A stretch of 62,559 bases of DNA, the filler included, from Globobulimina sp. (taxonomy: Eukaryota), in assembly GCA_003354225.1 (NCBI GenBank). It is 13 parts of 13 records of this genome, joined end to end, with 100 filler letters (N's around TTAATTAATTAA, not from the genome) between each part and the next. Parts side by side here need not be neighbours in the genome. Positions count along the whole stretch, not along the records: positions 28,958 to 33,674 come from PIVH01000975.1; positions 33,775 to 38,491 come from PIVH01000976.1; positions 38,592 to 43,307 come from PIVH01000977.1; 10 more parts are not named here. One strand, 5' to 3'. Positions 31,745 to 43,407 of the stretch are shown piece after piece (the first letter of the stretch is position 1; each line of letters starts with the position of its first letter). The notes under the pieces were generated by a model. The model saw only the letters and a program-made list of their open reading frames with translations, was not told the origin of the DNA and did no database searches. A program made the position numbers and the translations under genes.

Positions 31745-33673
31745 TTAGTTCCCAAAGGATTTATTGAAATTAACTCTAAATTCTCTATCACCTTTGTTCC
31801 AATCGATTATAGGTTGTATTTCTTCAAATGCTCTTTTTTTAGAAACTGTACTCCATCTTTTTTGTTTTACATTTACAATTCCGGTCATTGACTCATTTAA
31901 TTTTTCATTTGCGTCGTTGAATGAAATTAATTTTGTCTTGCTTATTGTAGCATTTTTACATCCACAAAATATATAATCATTATAAAATGTAAAGGACGCA
32001 ATATATTGTTGGAAATGAACGGTTTTCTTTACAATCCCTAGCACATAGTCATAAACAATAATACGTGTTTCATAGATAATTATCAATAAATGTGAATTTG
32101 AATCAAAATATATTCCCACACATTTCTGTTTTGAAGCACTATGATTATTTATTCGATATCGATCAATCTCAAATGCGAGCTCTAATTCCCAGATCAAAAT
32201 ATCTCCGCATTCACATCCAATGAATAAAAAATTCGAATCAATTTGTAAATCAATTATATTCATATTATTACAAACATTCCATGTTTTGGATATGACACAC
32301 ATTTCAATATCATATTCATAGATATCACCGGCACTACTTCCAATATAACAATATTTAGCACTTGAAACTATGGACAACATTCCATGTTTCTCATTCAATA
32401 CAATGCTTTTCTGCCACTTAAATATTTTTTCGTTTTTCTTTGTTTCTAAATCATAAACTGCCAATACTCCATCTTGACCAATACTGAATATTATTTGTCG
32501 ATTATTATGTGCATGTTTAGCATTATAATGTATTCCCGTAACAGCATCAGAGTGGGCATGTGGTAGCTTTGTATTTGATGCATTCTGTGTATTCCAGCAA
32601 TATAATCGACCATCGTGATGTCCACTGACCAGTAAACATGTACCTTGGATATGAATCAGCGTTGATATTTCATTATAACTTAAAATATCACTCTGTTTAT
32701 AAAAAATTCCTTTGCATGACATGCTCTCTATATCCCACTCTAGAATGCTGTTATCAATACCCACTGAATACATTACTTTATCCATATCCGTATCCGCGGC
32801 ATCATCCACTATCAAAACACCAATAACATCAGCTTCATGGCCACGAGCTACTTTTAATCGTTTCATTCGTTTTATATTATATATTTCAACACAATCAGCC
32901 ACTGTTACTGCGATCTGTGTTGACGATAAACATTGTAACCATAATAATGCTGATTTTCTCAATTGCTTAGTATATAAACATTGTTCATGTTGAATATCCC
33001 AAATGTATATATATCCGAGCTCATCAACAACATATAATTCATGATTATTGCCATTATAATCCGCAGAAATATATTTACAATTTTGTGGGTTTTTAACAGC
33101 AAATATTGCGCTACAACTAATTGAGTCATATACTTGCATCGTATAATCTGAAGATAAAGTAATTATATAATTTGTATTTGCAACAAATAACATAAATGTG
33201 ATCGATAACGAATGTAATTTACAATAATATTCCATATTATAAAGGGGAGAATTAGGAGCTCGAGATGATGTTTTTGAATATGTGTATAATATTCCTTTAT
33301 CATTAGCAATCATTAAATATTTATTATTTATGGATTGACAAACACAGCGACACCAACTATTGAATTTTATGGTTTGTTTACATTGAATTTGTGGATAGGT
33401 TGCTTGTGTTGGATTTGTATGCTTTTTAACACTCCAAACACGTATTGTACAATCAGTTGAAGCAGATATTAATTGATTGTTTAAATAATTTAAACATAGT
33501 ATAGTTCCATTATGATAATTATTTAATTGTAAAACAGGACATATTTTTGCTTTGTCTTGACGATGCCATGGATCGTATATTTTTATTTTTGAATCTACCC
33601 CACCTGATACAATTAAACCATATTTATTTTTTTTTGTATCCATAATATCACACATTCCGTAACATAACGAGTA
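31745..33673 (-). CDS. WD40 repeat protein, 5'-partial
   Basis: Repeats such as VSGGVDSKIKIYD, ISASTDCTIRVWS, GHEADV..SVGIDNSILEWD and VSGHHDGRLYCWN. Confidence 0.9.
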   Translation of the reverse strand, partial: YSLCYGMCDIMDTKKNKYGLIVSGGVDSKIKIYDPWHRQDKAKICPVLQLNNYHNGTILCLNYLNNQLISASTDCTIRVWSVKKHTNPTQATYPQIQCKQTIKFNSWCRCVCQSINNKYLMIANDKGILYTYSKTSSRAPNSPLYNMEYYCKLHSLSITFMLFVANTNYIITLSSDYTMQVYDSISCSAIFAVKNPQNCKYISADYNGNNHELYVVDELGYIYIWDIQHEQCLYTKQLRKSALLWLQCLSSTQIAVTVADCVEIYNIKRMKRLKVARGHEADVIGVLIVDDAADTDMDKVMYSVGIDNSILEWDIESMSCKGIFYKQSDILSYNEISTLIHIQGTCLLVSGHHDGRLYCWNTQNASNTKLPHAHSDAVTGIHYNAKHAHNNRQIIFSIGQDGVLAVYDLETKKNEKIFKWQKSIVLNEKHGMLSIVSSAKYCYIGSSAGDIYEYDIEMCVISKTWNVCNNMNIIDLQIDSNFLFIGCECGDILIWELELAFEIDRYRINNHSASKQKCVGIYFDSNSHLLIIIYETRIIVYDYVLGIVKKTVHFQQYIASFTFYNDYIFCGCKNATISKTKLISFNDANEKLNESMTGIVNVKQKRWSTVSKKRAFEEIQPIIDWNKGDREFRVNFNKSFGN

Positions 33674-33774
33674 ANNNNNNNNNNNNNNNNNNNNNNNNNN
33701 NNNNNNNNNNNNNNNNNNTTAATTAATTAANNNNNNNNNNNNNNNNNNNNNNNNNNNNNNNNNNNNNNNNNNNN

Positions 33775-34050
33775 ATAATGCTTTAAATATTTTTTATCGG
33801 TGTCGATATTATTAATAATATAATCATAATCATTTAGAAACGGATCAATATTTTGGGATTGATAATGTTTGCAAATTAAAGCATAAATATTTGGTTTATT
33901 CTCGTCATTCTTCCACAAATTATAAACTTCAAAGAGTTCCTCCATTCGTTGATACACATTCTCTTGTTTTGAATTTCTTTTTTCTTCTTCTTCTATGAAT
34001 TCAATACATTTCTCAATGCATTTCTCAATATTACTGTTCGTATGGCTCAT
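33775..34050 (-). CDS. Hypothetical protein, 3'-partial
   Basis: ATG-initiated frame running into the linker. FLNDYDYI resembles MLDDYLHV in the N-terminal part of the 11569 gene. Confidence 0.45.
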
Positions 34051-34260
34051 TTCACGCAAATGAAAACTTAATTTGTTCGCCAGTCAAGTAAGGATGCTGT
34101 TTGATTTTCAAAAGTTTGATAATTTAGCACATATAAATCCGATTCAGCTGTTTCATCAAAGTGGAGCAAAGAAAAACGAACAAGACTGTGAAATCGAAAG
34201 ACAACCAGTTATATTTATAAACCATTGAGGAGTCCGATGCCATATATGCATATTTTCTCT

Positions 34261-35184
34261 TTATATAACTGAACTTTTACTCATTGACAGTTGCTTTCCA
34301 ACAAACTTATTCCACACATTTGAACCATTTGTTTCCACCATTTCTTTACTTCCAATCTTATCACTTGGCTTGTTATCAAACTTAAAGTTGACAGCATTTT
34401 CATTTGACACACTACCCATTAATGTAACTGATTTGTTTAACTTTGTTGTGTCCTGATCCTGATATCGATGCATCTGACCAATGTCTATAATATCACTCAA
34501 CAAAATCTCATTGCTCTTTGACGATTGAATACTTTTATAATTCGCATTGCCATCCATAGCACCCATCAATGTGACTGATTTCTTTGATATTACATTTTTC
34601 AGATTAATTTGTTGATTGTTTGAGTGTAAAACGTCTGCATCATTCCACATATATGAGATCCCGTTGATATTCTCATTTTGCATTTGTTCAAATCCCATCA
34701 TTGTGTCATGTCCATTTATATTCATATTTATATTGTCTTCATTTGAATCATCACTTTGAATCATATCATTTGGGGTTTTCCCAATTTGCTTCCTTTTGGT
34801 TGCTTTCTTTTGATCATATTTAAGAATCATTTCATTCATTAAACTGCGAAAATGTTTTTTCATTTCAGATTTTTCCTGTTCTTGTTGCAGAAACAATAAA
34901 TGATTTTTCATGTCCAGTTTATCTTTGTTGTTGGCAATCGATTCACTGTCATTTTTCAGCAATTCCATCAATTTATCATTCATTGCTTGTTTTTCATTGA
35001 CTCCTTCCGGCTGATTGACATCAACCATCATCATAGGCTCTTTTTCATCATACACAGCCATTTCACCATTTTCATCATCATCACTCACTGCAATCGTATC
35101 CTTTGACCTCATGGCCTGTCTGTATTTCAATTGTGCAGATTGTGATTCTTCACTGGAGATATTGGCTCTTTTTTTGTTAAACAT
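34261..35184 (-). CDS. Hypothetical low-complexity/coiled-coil protein
   Basis: 307-aa ORF rich in N, D, K and M, with internal repeat KSVTLMG x2. Confidence 0.6.
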   Translation of the reverse strand: MFNKKRANISSEESQSAQLKYRQAMRSKDTIAVSDDDENGEMAVYDEKEPMMMVDVNQPEGVNEKQAMNDKLMELLKNDSESIANNKDKLDMKNHLLFLQQEQEKSEMKKHFRSLMNEMILKYDQKKATKRKQIGKTPNDMIQSDDSNEDNINMNINGHDTMMGFEQMQNENINGISYMWNDADVLHSNNQQINLKNVISKKSVTLMGAMDGNANYKSIQSSKSNEILLSDIIDIGQMHRYQDQDTTKLNKSVTLMGSVSNENAVNFKFDNKPSDKIGSKEMVETNGSNVWNKFVGKQLSMSKSSVI

Positions 35185-35280
35185 TTTATTTTTGACTGAC
35201 TGAAAAAAAAAAACCTATAAAACTAAATATTAACAACAAAACTGATTATAATTACACTGTCAAAGAAGAATGATCAAATA

Positions 35281-36385
35281 TCACAGCAATGAAAAGCCAG
35301 AGAATGCAATAATTTGTCCAACCTCAGTCTCCACATTAACACTCATAACCTCTTCATCCTCATCATCCGCATTGATCTTTTTATGTTTGCTATAATATTC
35401 AAACAATTTATCAATACTTTGGACATCAATGTTGCTCCCTAAACAAACATGTAATGGCAACAAATGTTCTTCCCTCGGATGGCAATCTGACCATTCACCA
35501 ATTTATAATTTACACAGCAATACAAAGGAGATCGTACCTAAACCATTCGGAGCATCCATCCAATTCATCATATCAATGATACTTTGCTTCACTGTCTTTT
35601 TTGTGATTGTATGAATTAACCAGTTATTAAAATTGATACTTTTCTGTTTACTCATTGGATTCCTGAAACCGGCCATATTATGATACGACATTCCGGAGCC
35701 AATTAGCATAACGCCGTCATCTCTGAATATGTGAAGGAAGCGCAAGGAATTAAATACTGTGCAATATAATTTATGCATAGATTGAGAACTATATTTAATT
35801 CCGATGCTACCTCAAACCATTCAATATTGCGCCTAATCGTAAGTTCCGCATTGCTGTGTTGCGTTTGTTGTTTGTCACAGAATGTAATGAGACTTGAATC
35901 AGCGGGATATTTGCTTGTGGCGCAGCTATAATTAATGGGATAAATACGCCGTGATCATAGCCGCGTTTCTTATTTAATAAAACGGTTTTGTGGCCACCCA
36001 CTGTTGTCAGCAAATTGATCACTTTGTCTGTCAATTTCAGATCAATTGGAGCGGCATATTTTAGTTTGTAAGAATCTGGCGGGAAATTATAATAATCGAA
36101 GTATAATGGAGGTGCTTTTTGGTATAAGACAGTCGGTGTTGCTTCTTCCCAATGCGCTGATACTATGCAGATTGCTTTGGGTTGGTAGTGTTCAATGTAT
36201 TTTGCGAGAGTTAGAAAGGTGTTGATAATGAATGTTTGGTCAAATTGTCTGTTTTGTGATTTTCCAATATGTTGCAAATATGGCATGGGGCCTCCTCCGT
36301 GGTTTACAAATATTGCTGGCTGTCTTTGGAGTTTACAGTCTTGTTCGTTTGTCTTTGCTTCGCTTTGTTGAGACATGGCAAACAT
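35281..36385 (-). CDS. LigB/DODA-type extradiol ring-cleavage dioxygenase; introns 35723-35810 and 35487-35537
   Basis: HGGGP, VSAHWE, YFDYYNFP, RGYDHGVFIPL, IGSGMSYHN and spliced APNGLDCHPREEHLLPL. Confidence 0.92.
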
Positions 36386-36447
36386 TACTGCAGTTACTAA
36401 GACCCACTGTCAGACTACACAGTTTTGGCATTATATTATATTATATT

Positions 36448-38491
36448 ATGGCGAGCCATCCTTTAGTAACCAACAACTCCTCCATTTTATCGCTATTTAC
36501 CAGCGTCAACAATCGCTCACAATCGACGCAATTGCAAGAAAAGGAGATGGTGTACAGAGAGGGCTGGGTGTTTAAGAAAAGCAGCATCTCGACTCAATAT
36601 AAGAAGCGTTGGATAGTGTTGAAAGGAACGAAACTGTCTTGTTATTCATCTGAAAATATCGAATATTATACCAACACTGAAACAATTCAAAAATTTAATT
36701 TATCACTGTACAGATTCAAAGTGCAAAAATGCCCATCATCCGCCTGCAAGTTTTTGTTGATCAACGAGTCGGTGACAAATGGTTCCAATATGGTAATATT
36801 CAAAACTTTGACAGATCGAAAAGGATTGCACAGAATGGATATTCAAATTGCAGGAAGCAATTATTTCTTGCAATTTATCCAAATACCGAGGATTAGCTCC
36901 GTTGTATTCCACATTTGAGAGTGCCATTGAACAGAATGAGAATGACAGCGACTCTGAGACTGAAACAGTCGACGACGATGATACAAAAACGCCCAATTCC
37001 GAGTTTGATGCATTCAGAATACGCTCAATTACAATATCATCGATGCACAAACCAATGATGAGCGAAGACCGTGATTATGATTCTGATGAATACATAGAAA
37101 ACGATGGCATGGCCACATCATTGCATATCAAGGTACTGAGAAACGGCAACTTTAACATTGCCGAACTAGCTCGAAAGCAATCTGTTATAATAAGTTGTGT
37201 TAAAAAACAAACAGATTGCTTTCAATATACATGACCACTTTGATAAACCATAAGATATTAACCCCACAAATTGACGACAAACTAAGCAATGTCCGACGGC
37301 AGCAAATCGAGCACGAAATAATAGAAACAGAGGAGACATATTTTCTGGGCATAGCGACATTATTGAACGAATTATTGATTCCAATGTTTGAGCAAAAGAT
37401 ACTTTGCGAGGACACCTATTTTAAAAAAATAACGTCGTCCATCCCTAACTTGGTTGCATTCCATGAGCTGTTCCTCGAACAACTGAGCGAAGCATATAAG
37501 TATTCCTACGAAGACGGCAAAGATGCGATCGAGTGCTGCAACACTCCCATCCCCGAACATAACAAATGTAAATCCATCGCGCAAGTCTTTAACCATCAAA
37601 ATAAAGAAGAATTCATATCCATTTATATCGAATTTATCTCAGAATACAAAAGCATTTTGGATTTATTTGGTGTTACATTTCGGGATAACGCAAAGTTGCA
37701 AACGTTCCTCAGGTAATATATATACTGTCCATACATTGTGCATATTTGTGGCACATTGCGCGTATATTCAGAGAGAAGAGGAAAAACATGAAACCACTGT
37801 CAAACTATTTGATATTGCCGGTTCAAAGGGTGCCTCGATATGTTTTATTATTGCGAGATTTGAGGAAAAATACAAATAAATGGTATCCGGATTACAGTGA
37901 TATTGAATGTGCGTTGAGATTGGTTCAGGAAATAGCTTCGGAAATAAATGAACGAAAACGGAAAATAGAAAATCAAACTCAATGTTTGCAAATTCAACAA
38001 TGTCTGACGAACGTAACCGAAACCATTGTGGATCAAAAACGAAAGTTTGAGAAACAATTTGTTTTTATAAAGAAAGAAAATAAGCGGCAACGCACTTTTT
38101 TTGTGTTTAATGATATGATCATCATTGCCAATAAGAATTGGAACGTTAAAGAAATCATAAAAAACATTCTTTGTGTTTGCATAAAATATGAGGAGGCGGA
38201 AAATGATACTGTTTTTACATTAATTTATGGAAATAGTGTCTGTTCATATTTTGCTGTGTCGTCAATGGAAATAAATGAGTTTAAGCATATTGTGACCCAA
38301 AATAGATTGTTGTTGATGGACACGGACGTTGCGGCAATGAACGGCAACAATGATATTCGGAGTAAAATACAGAAACAAAGAGATTCCAATTCCAAAGATT
38401 TTAAAATGCAGCAAACAAAACATTCACAATTAATATATTCAATGAAGGCGGCGTATTCTGATTATAAAGAGGAAAAAGGCAAAGCTCCATC
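36448..38491 (+). CDS. PH-DH(RhoGEF)-PH protein, 3'-partial; frame disruption near 36820; introns 37133-37254 and 37713-37771
   Basis: REGWVFKK..YKKRWIVL (PH), EIIETEETY, LILPVQRVPRYVLLLRDL and EINERKR (DH), and RTFFVFND (PH). Confidence 0.85.
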
Positions 38492-38975
38492 NNNNNNNNN
38501 NNNNNNNNNNNNNNNNNNNNNNNNNNNNNNNNNNNTTAATTAATTAANNNNNNNNNNNNNNNNNNNNNNNNNNNNNNNNNNNNNNNNNNNNGTATTTCCA
38601 CCTCTATTAAATACTGTAAAAAGTCATCATATCTGACATCAATTTAAACATTTTTCTTCGTTTTTTCTTTGTGTAAATTCGAATTGTTTTGTACATTACT
38701 ACAGTTCAATTGTAATTGCTACTTTTTTATTCATTTAGTTCAAAGCATCTTAAACCCCCCCGGGGGAAATAATTCAATCAGAATTAAGAATTTTACCAGC
38801 TGTATTCTTTAAGGAAAAATGAGCTGTATTCTTTAAGGTCCCAATTATTAGTAATTACGTTTGTGTGTGTGTGTGTTGTGTGTTGTATGTATTTCGTGTG
38901 TGCTGGTTATATTTAATTCGGGTGCGAGTACGAATTCACTTTGCTGTGTAGTGTGTACAACATATCCAAAAAATC

Positions 38976-40134
38976 ATGTTTACAGTATTGATCGCTACAT
39001 TGATATTGCTAGCATCCATTCCTCTTAAATCTGATCCGCAATGTAGTGATGATAATTATGCTACGATTAGATTACCAAGAATAGATTTATCAAAATATGC
39101 GAATGGAACAGTTTCAGAAAAGAAAGAAATAGTCAGCGCATTTGGCCAATATATGCATGAATTTGGCACTTTATCACTGTTCAACCATCAAATCCCAACA
39201 ACATTAATGGATGAAATGAGAGTCTCTGGACTTAATTTTTTAACAAAACCAGAAGAATATAAATCACAATTTCAAAGCAATGGATTGGGGACACCAGGAT
39301 ATGACCCATATGGCACACTAACTGTTGAGTTTTAAATAGTTTTTTACAATTATATATATTAAATATATGGATATAATACAGGCCGCAGCTGCTTATGGGC
39401 ATAAATATGACGACGATGGTTGTGATTATATGCAAAGTTTTGCATTTTTCAATCATGTTTTTGGTAATGATGATTATGATAAATATCTTCCAGACAAAGA
39501 TAACGCCCCATCGGAACTACATGACATTTCTGCAATTTATATTTCTGAAATGAGGAGAGTTCTGAAATATGTCCATGTCATAGCATCTCAAGCATTATTG
39601 GGATTTAATAATACTCATTTTTTTGAAGATATATATCAACAGACGCCACATTTTCAAATGAGATGGCTTAAATATAACACATTTAACAAATCTCAAGAAT
39701 TACGAAAAGCAAATAAATTTGGCTATGCAGCACACAAAGATTATTTAGGTTTTACTCTATTTCGGCCCGGAACTACGCGTGGTTTACAAAATAAAATTGG
39801 TGGTGCTGATGGAGTTTGGGTGGATTGTGAAACTGATGAAGATTTACAATATGATATTTTTGTGAATGCAGGAGAATTATATGATGTATGGACCAATGGA
39901 TATTGGAAAGCAAATTGGCATCGAGTTATATTGGATCGTGATCCGAATAGGATTACATTCTCTTTTTTTACTGGACCTGATCAAAATGTCATAGTTGAAC
40001 CAATTGATGGATGTTCTGTGTGCACTCAAAATGAACCACAATATGCAGCACGAACTGCAGCACAGCACGCTCAATGGATATTCAGTAAAGCTGATAAAGT
40101 AAATCCAAATGGCTTAAAATTTTATAGTGACTAA
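38976..40134 (+). CDS. Secreted IPNS-like 2OG-Fe(II) oxygenase; intron 39324-39381
   Basis: Signal peptide, LPRIDLS, LFNHQIP, HKD..FTL, GLQ, VNAGE..WTNGYWKANWHRV, RITFSFF. Confidence 0.88.
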
Positions 40135-40420
40135 AAAATGTATACAAATTCATGATAAAAAATCCAGATATTTTATATAAATAGATAATAATTTAATTAT
40201 AAATATTACCAAAAATCTGACAAAAAGCTGATTTTCATCTTAAGCTGATTTTCATCTTAAGTTTTTCACCTATTTTATAAAACTTTTGAAATCCACACTT
40301 TCTGACTTTTGAATTTTGAAATCGAACTTTAATAATAGTGAGTATGTGATAATTATATGATTATATATGATGTATATATTAAATGTGACAAATGTTGTGT
40401 TAGGAATTTAGGACAAGAGT

Positions 40421-41724
40421 ATGTGTGGAGATTTTATTATTACCAGTTCGGATGGAAAAGTAGCAGTTGTCGGCAGGTCGATGGAAGTGGTTAAATTACC
40501 ATTTAAACCATTAATGTATTTTCAAAATAAAGGCAAACAATTTATATATGGACAAAATACAACGTTACGAAATAAATACGCGTATACTGCGATTGCGAAT
40601 GGTTTTGAAATATCAAATCAACCACTTCAAGTTGTAATGGATGGAATGAATGAAAGAGGACTTAGCTGCGATTTATTGTTTTTTCCGAAATTTTGTGAAT
40701 GGCCAATATTAGCACAAAAGCAAAATACAAATACCGATCCTCATTATGTGTTATGCTTTAATTTTGTTAATTATATACTTGGTAATTACAGTAATATCGA
40801 TGAAATAATCACTGCTTTCAAACAGAAGAAAATCTATGTTTATGCTGATAATAAAGGAATTGCACAAAGTTTTTTTACTACTCATTATCAAATATTTGAT
40901 AGAAGTGGGAGAGGAATAATAATAGAATACAGTAAAAGCAATGAAGATTTAGTGATTAGTCCATTAAATAAAAGTAATCTTACCCTGAATGATAAAGACG
41001 AAGGTTGTTGTTTACCGTTTCTTGGTTTGGCAAATAAAATTAAAGATGATGGCTTTAATAATTTAAATATTTATGAATCATGTGGTGTTATGACAAACGC
41101 ACCGCCATATAACTATCATTTATGGAATCTGAACCAATATGCGCATCTCTCAAATATGGTAGCAAAAGATGTAGAAAATAAAGAAAATGGTCAAGGCGGC
41201 GGAATGTTGGGTTTGCCGGGCGATACAACCCCGCCTTCGAGATTTATCAGAATAAAAATTGCCAAAGATAATGTCGAGAAAGAAGGAATGGCACAAAATA
41301 TTGGTGATGCATTAAAGAGTGCATGTCATATTTTAAATAGTATTGACATTGTTAAAGGCATCTCAAAAGATGCAAATAATACGTACGATTTTACAAATTG
41401 GATTATTATCAAGGATTTAAATAATTTGAAATGTTATTATCGATCATATGACGATGCTGGATTTAAGGTATTCTTCTCACTCACTCACATTCGCAAATAT
41501 TTGAATAAATCCAAGATCACTCAGTATATACAAGTAAATCTGCCAATATACTGTACATACTTTTTTTTTTAAATATTTGCGAATGAAATGTGTAGAGTTA
41601 TGATTTTAGTGCATGGATTATGACTAAACCAAAGGATGGTGATAAAATTGAAGATTTATCACAATATGAAACAGTGGTTGCTAAATGGTCTGATATTAAT
41701 GACGCGTACGTAACTTTTAAGTGA
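40421..41724 (+). CDS. Choloylglycine hydrolase / penicillin V acylase family Ntn-hydrolase; intron 41468-41595
   Basis: Met-Cys start (nucleophile), GRSME, DGMNERGL, GVMTNAP, GLPGDTTPPSRF, T.W..IKDL..YYRSY. Confidence 0.92.
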
Positions 41725-41789
41725 CAATTGTTGCCCTACTAAAATGACTACAAAGTTATAAAAAGATTTAATTATACATGAATTGTAAA

Positions 41790-43274
41790 TCAATCGTCGC
41801 CATCAACTTTATCATTACCATCTGATCCGTTTAATGTTAATTTTCCAAATCTTTCAAAGGCAGCCTTTTCAAGTTCCTCCCTATGATCCGGATGAGCTAA
41901 GTCAATCAATAATTTTGCCCTCTCCCTAAGTGATTTACCATATAATTTAGCCACACCATATTCAGTCACTATATATTGTACATGAGCTCTGGTGGTAACA
42001 ACACCCGCACCTGGCTTTAACACAGGTAATATTTTCGATTGTCCTTTATTTGTTTGTGAAGATAACGACATAATTGCTTTACCACCCTTTGACAGTGCAG
42101 CACCTCTCATAAAATCCATTTGTCCGCCAATTCCGGAATACATTTTAGTGCCAATGCTATCCGCACAAACTTGTCCCGTAATATCAATTTCAATGCACGA
42201 GTTTATAGCATGTGTATCATTATTGGCCCTTATCACTTCTGTATCGTTGACATACGAACAATCACAAAACAAAACCAATGGATTATCTGCGACAAAATCA
42301 TATAACCGTTTGGTGCCCATAGCAAACGAAGTGCATAATTTACCACGATGATGATGTTTAAATTGATTTGATATTATTCCCATATCCACCAAATCCAAAA
42401 TACCATCGCTAAACATCTCAGTATGAATGCCCAAATCGCGATGATTATGCAAACATTGCAAGACAGCATCTGGAATACCGCCAATACCCATTTGTAAGCA
42501 AGCTTTATTTGGAATCAGTTCATTGGCAATGTTTTGTCCAATTTTTTCCGTAATTGGATCCATAATTAAAGAAGCTCTATGTTCGGGAAGCGAAGCGTTT
42601 TCATAGTAAACTGCATCAAAATGCGATATATGAATATGTCCGTCGCCGTGAGTACGCGGTACTTTTTCATTTATTAAACCGATGTTATGCGTTGCTGCCA
42701 ACACAGCGGAACGCGTACAATCAACGGATAGACCCAATGAGCAATAACCATGTTTGTCCGGTGGGGAGACCTGAATTAAAGCACAATCAATACCAAAATC
42801 TTCATCTTCGAAAAGTTGAGGTATCTCGGATAGAAATATGGGAGTAAAATCAGCCTGTCCTAAGTTGACATGTTTACGCACATTTCCTCCAACAAATAAT
42901 GAATTGTCACGAAAATGTTTTCTATATTTATCATTTGTTACAAACGGGGCATCGCCGCCTAAATGAATATGGATCAGTTCTATATGGGATAAATTGTTAA
43001 TTGACGCATGCTCACATAATGCATGTACGAGGGGGTCAGGGGTCATGGCTGCGCCTTGGATATATATACGTTGTCCGGATTTTACACATTTCATGGCATC
43101 CAATGCCTTTTCGCATCTTATGGGTTCTTTGCCGACGATGGGATAAAATGGTTCATGGTACCCTGATTGAACTGGATGTTTCCAATACAGACGACGCAAT
43201 ATTGGTGATATGTTATTGATATGTTTTGACTTTATGGGAGAGAGTGAGTGGTGCAGATGGCGAAGTGTTGCCAT
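41790..43274 (-). CDS. Mitochondrial acetyl-CoA hydrolase / 4-hydroxybutyrate CoA-transferase family protein (ASCT IB-like)
   Basis: Presequence, VSPPDKHGYCSLG, LQMGIGGIPDAV, HTEMFSDG, SGIGGQMDFMRGA, VTEYGVA, AHPDHRE. Confidence 0.93.
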   Translation of the reverse strand: MATLRHLHHSLSPIKSKHINNISPILRRLYWKHPVQSGYHEPFYPIVGKEPIRCEKALDAMKCVKSGQRIYIQGAAMTPDPLVHALCEHASINNLSHIELIHIHLGGDAPFVTNDKYRKHFRDNSLFVGGNVRKHVNLGQADFTPIFLSEIPQLFEDEDFGIDCALIQVSPPDKHGYCSLGLSVDCTRSAVLAATHNIGLINEKVPRTHGDGHIHISHFDAVYYENASLPEHRASLIMDPITEKIGQNIANELIPNKACLQMGIGGIPDAVLQCLHNHRDLGIHTEMFSDGILDLVDMGIISNQFKHHHRGKLCTSFAMGTKRLYDFVADNPLVLFCDCSYVNDTEVIRANNDTHAINSCIEIDITGQVCADSIGTKMYSGIGGQMDFMRGAALSKGGKAIMSLSSQTNKGQSKILPVLKPGAGVVTTRAHVQYIVTEYGVAKLYGKSLRERAKLLIDLAHPDHREELEKAAFERFGKLTLNGSDGNDKVDGDD

Positions 43275-43407
43275 TCGGTTGTAAATGTTTTTTAAAAAAG
43301 AGTGAAGNNNNNNNNNNNNNNNNNNNNNNNNNNNNNNNNNNNNNNNNNNNNTTAATTAATTAANNNNNNNNNNNNNNNNNNNNNNNNNNNNNNNNNNNNN
43401 NNNNNNN

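Noticed and set aside
38755-38885. C7G5 palindrome, 17-nt direct repeat (38798/38822) and GT microsatellite; also a 17-nt tandem at 40225-40258
   Set aside because: Short two-copy duplications and simple repeats with no further structure.
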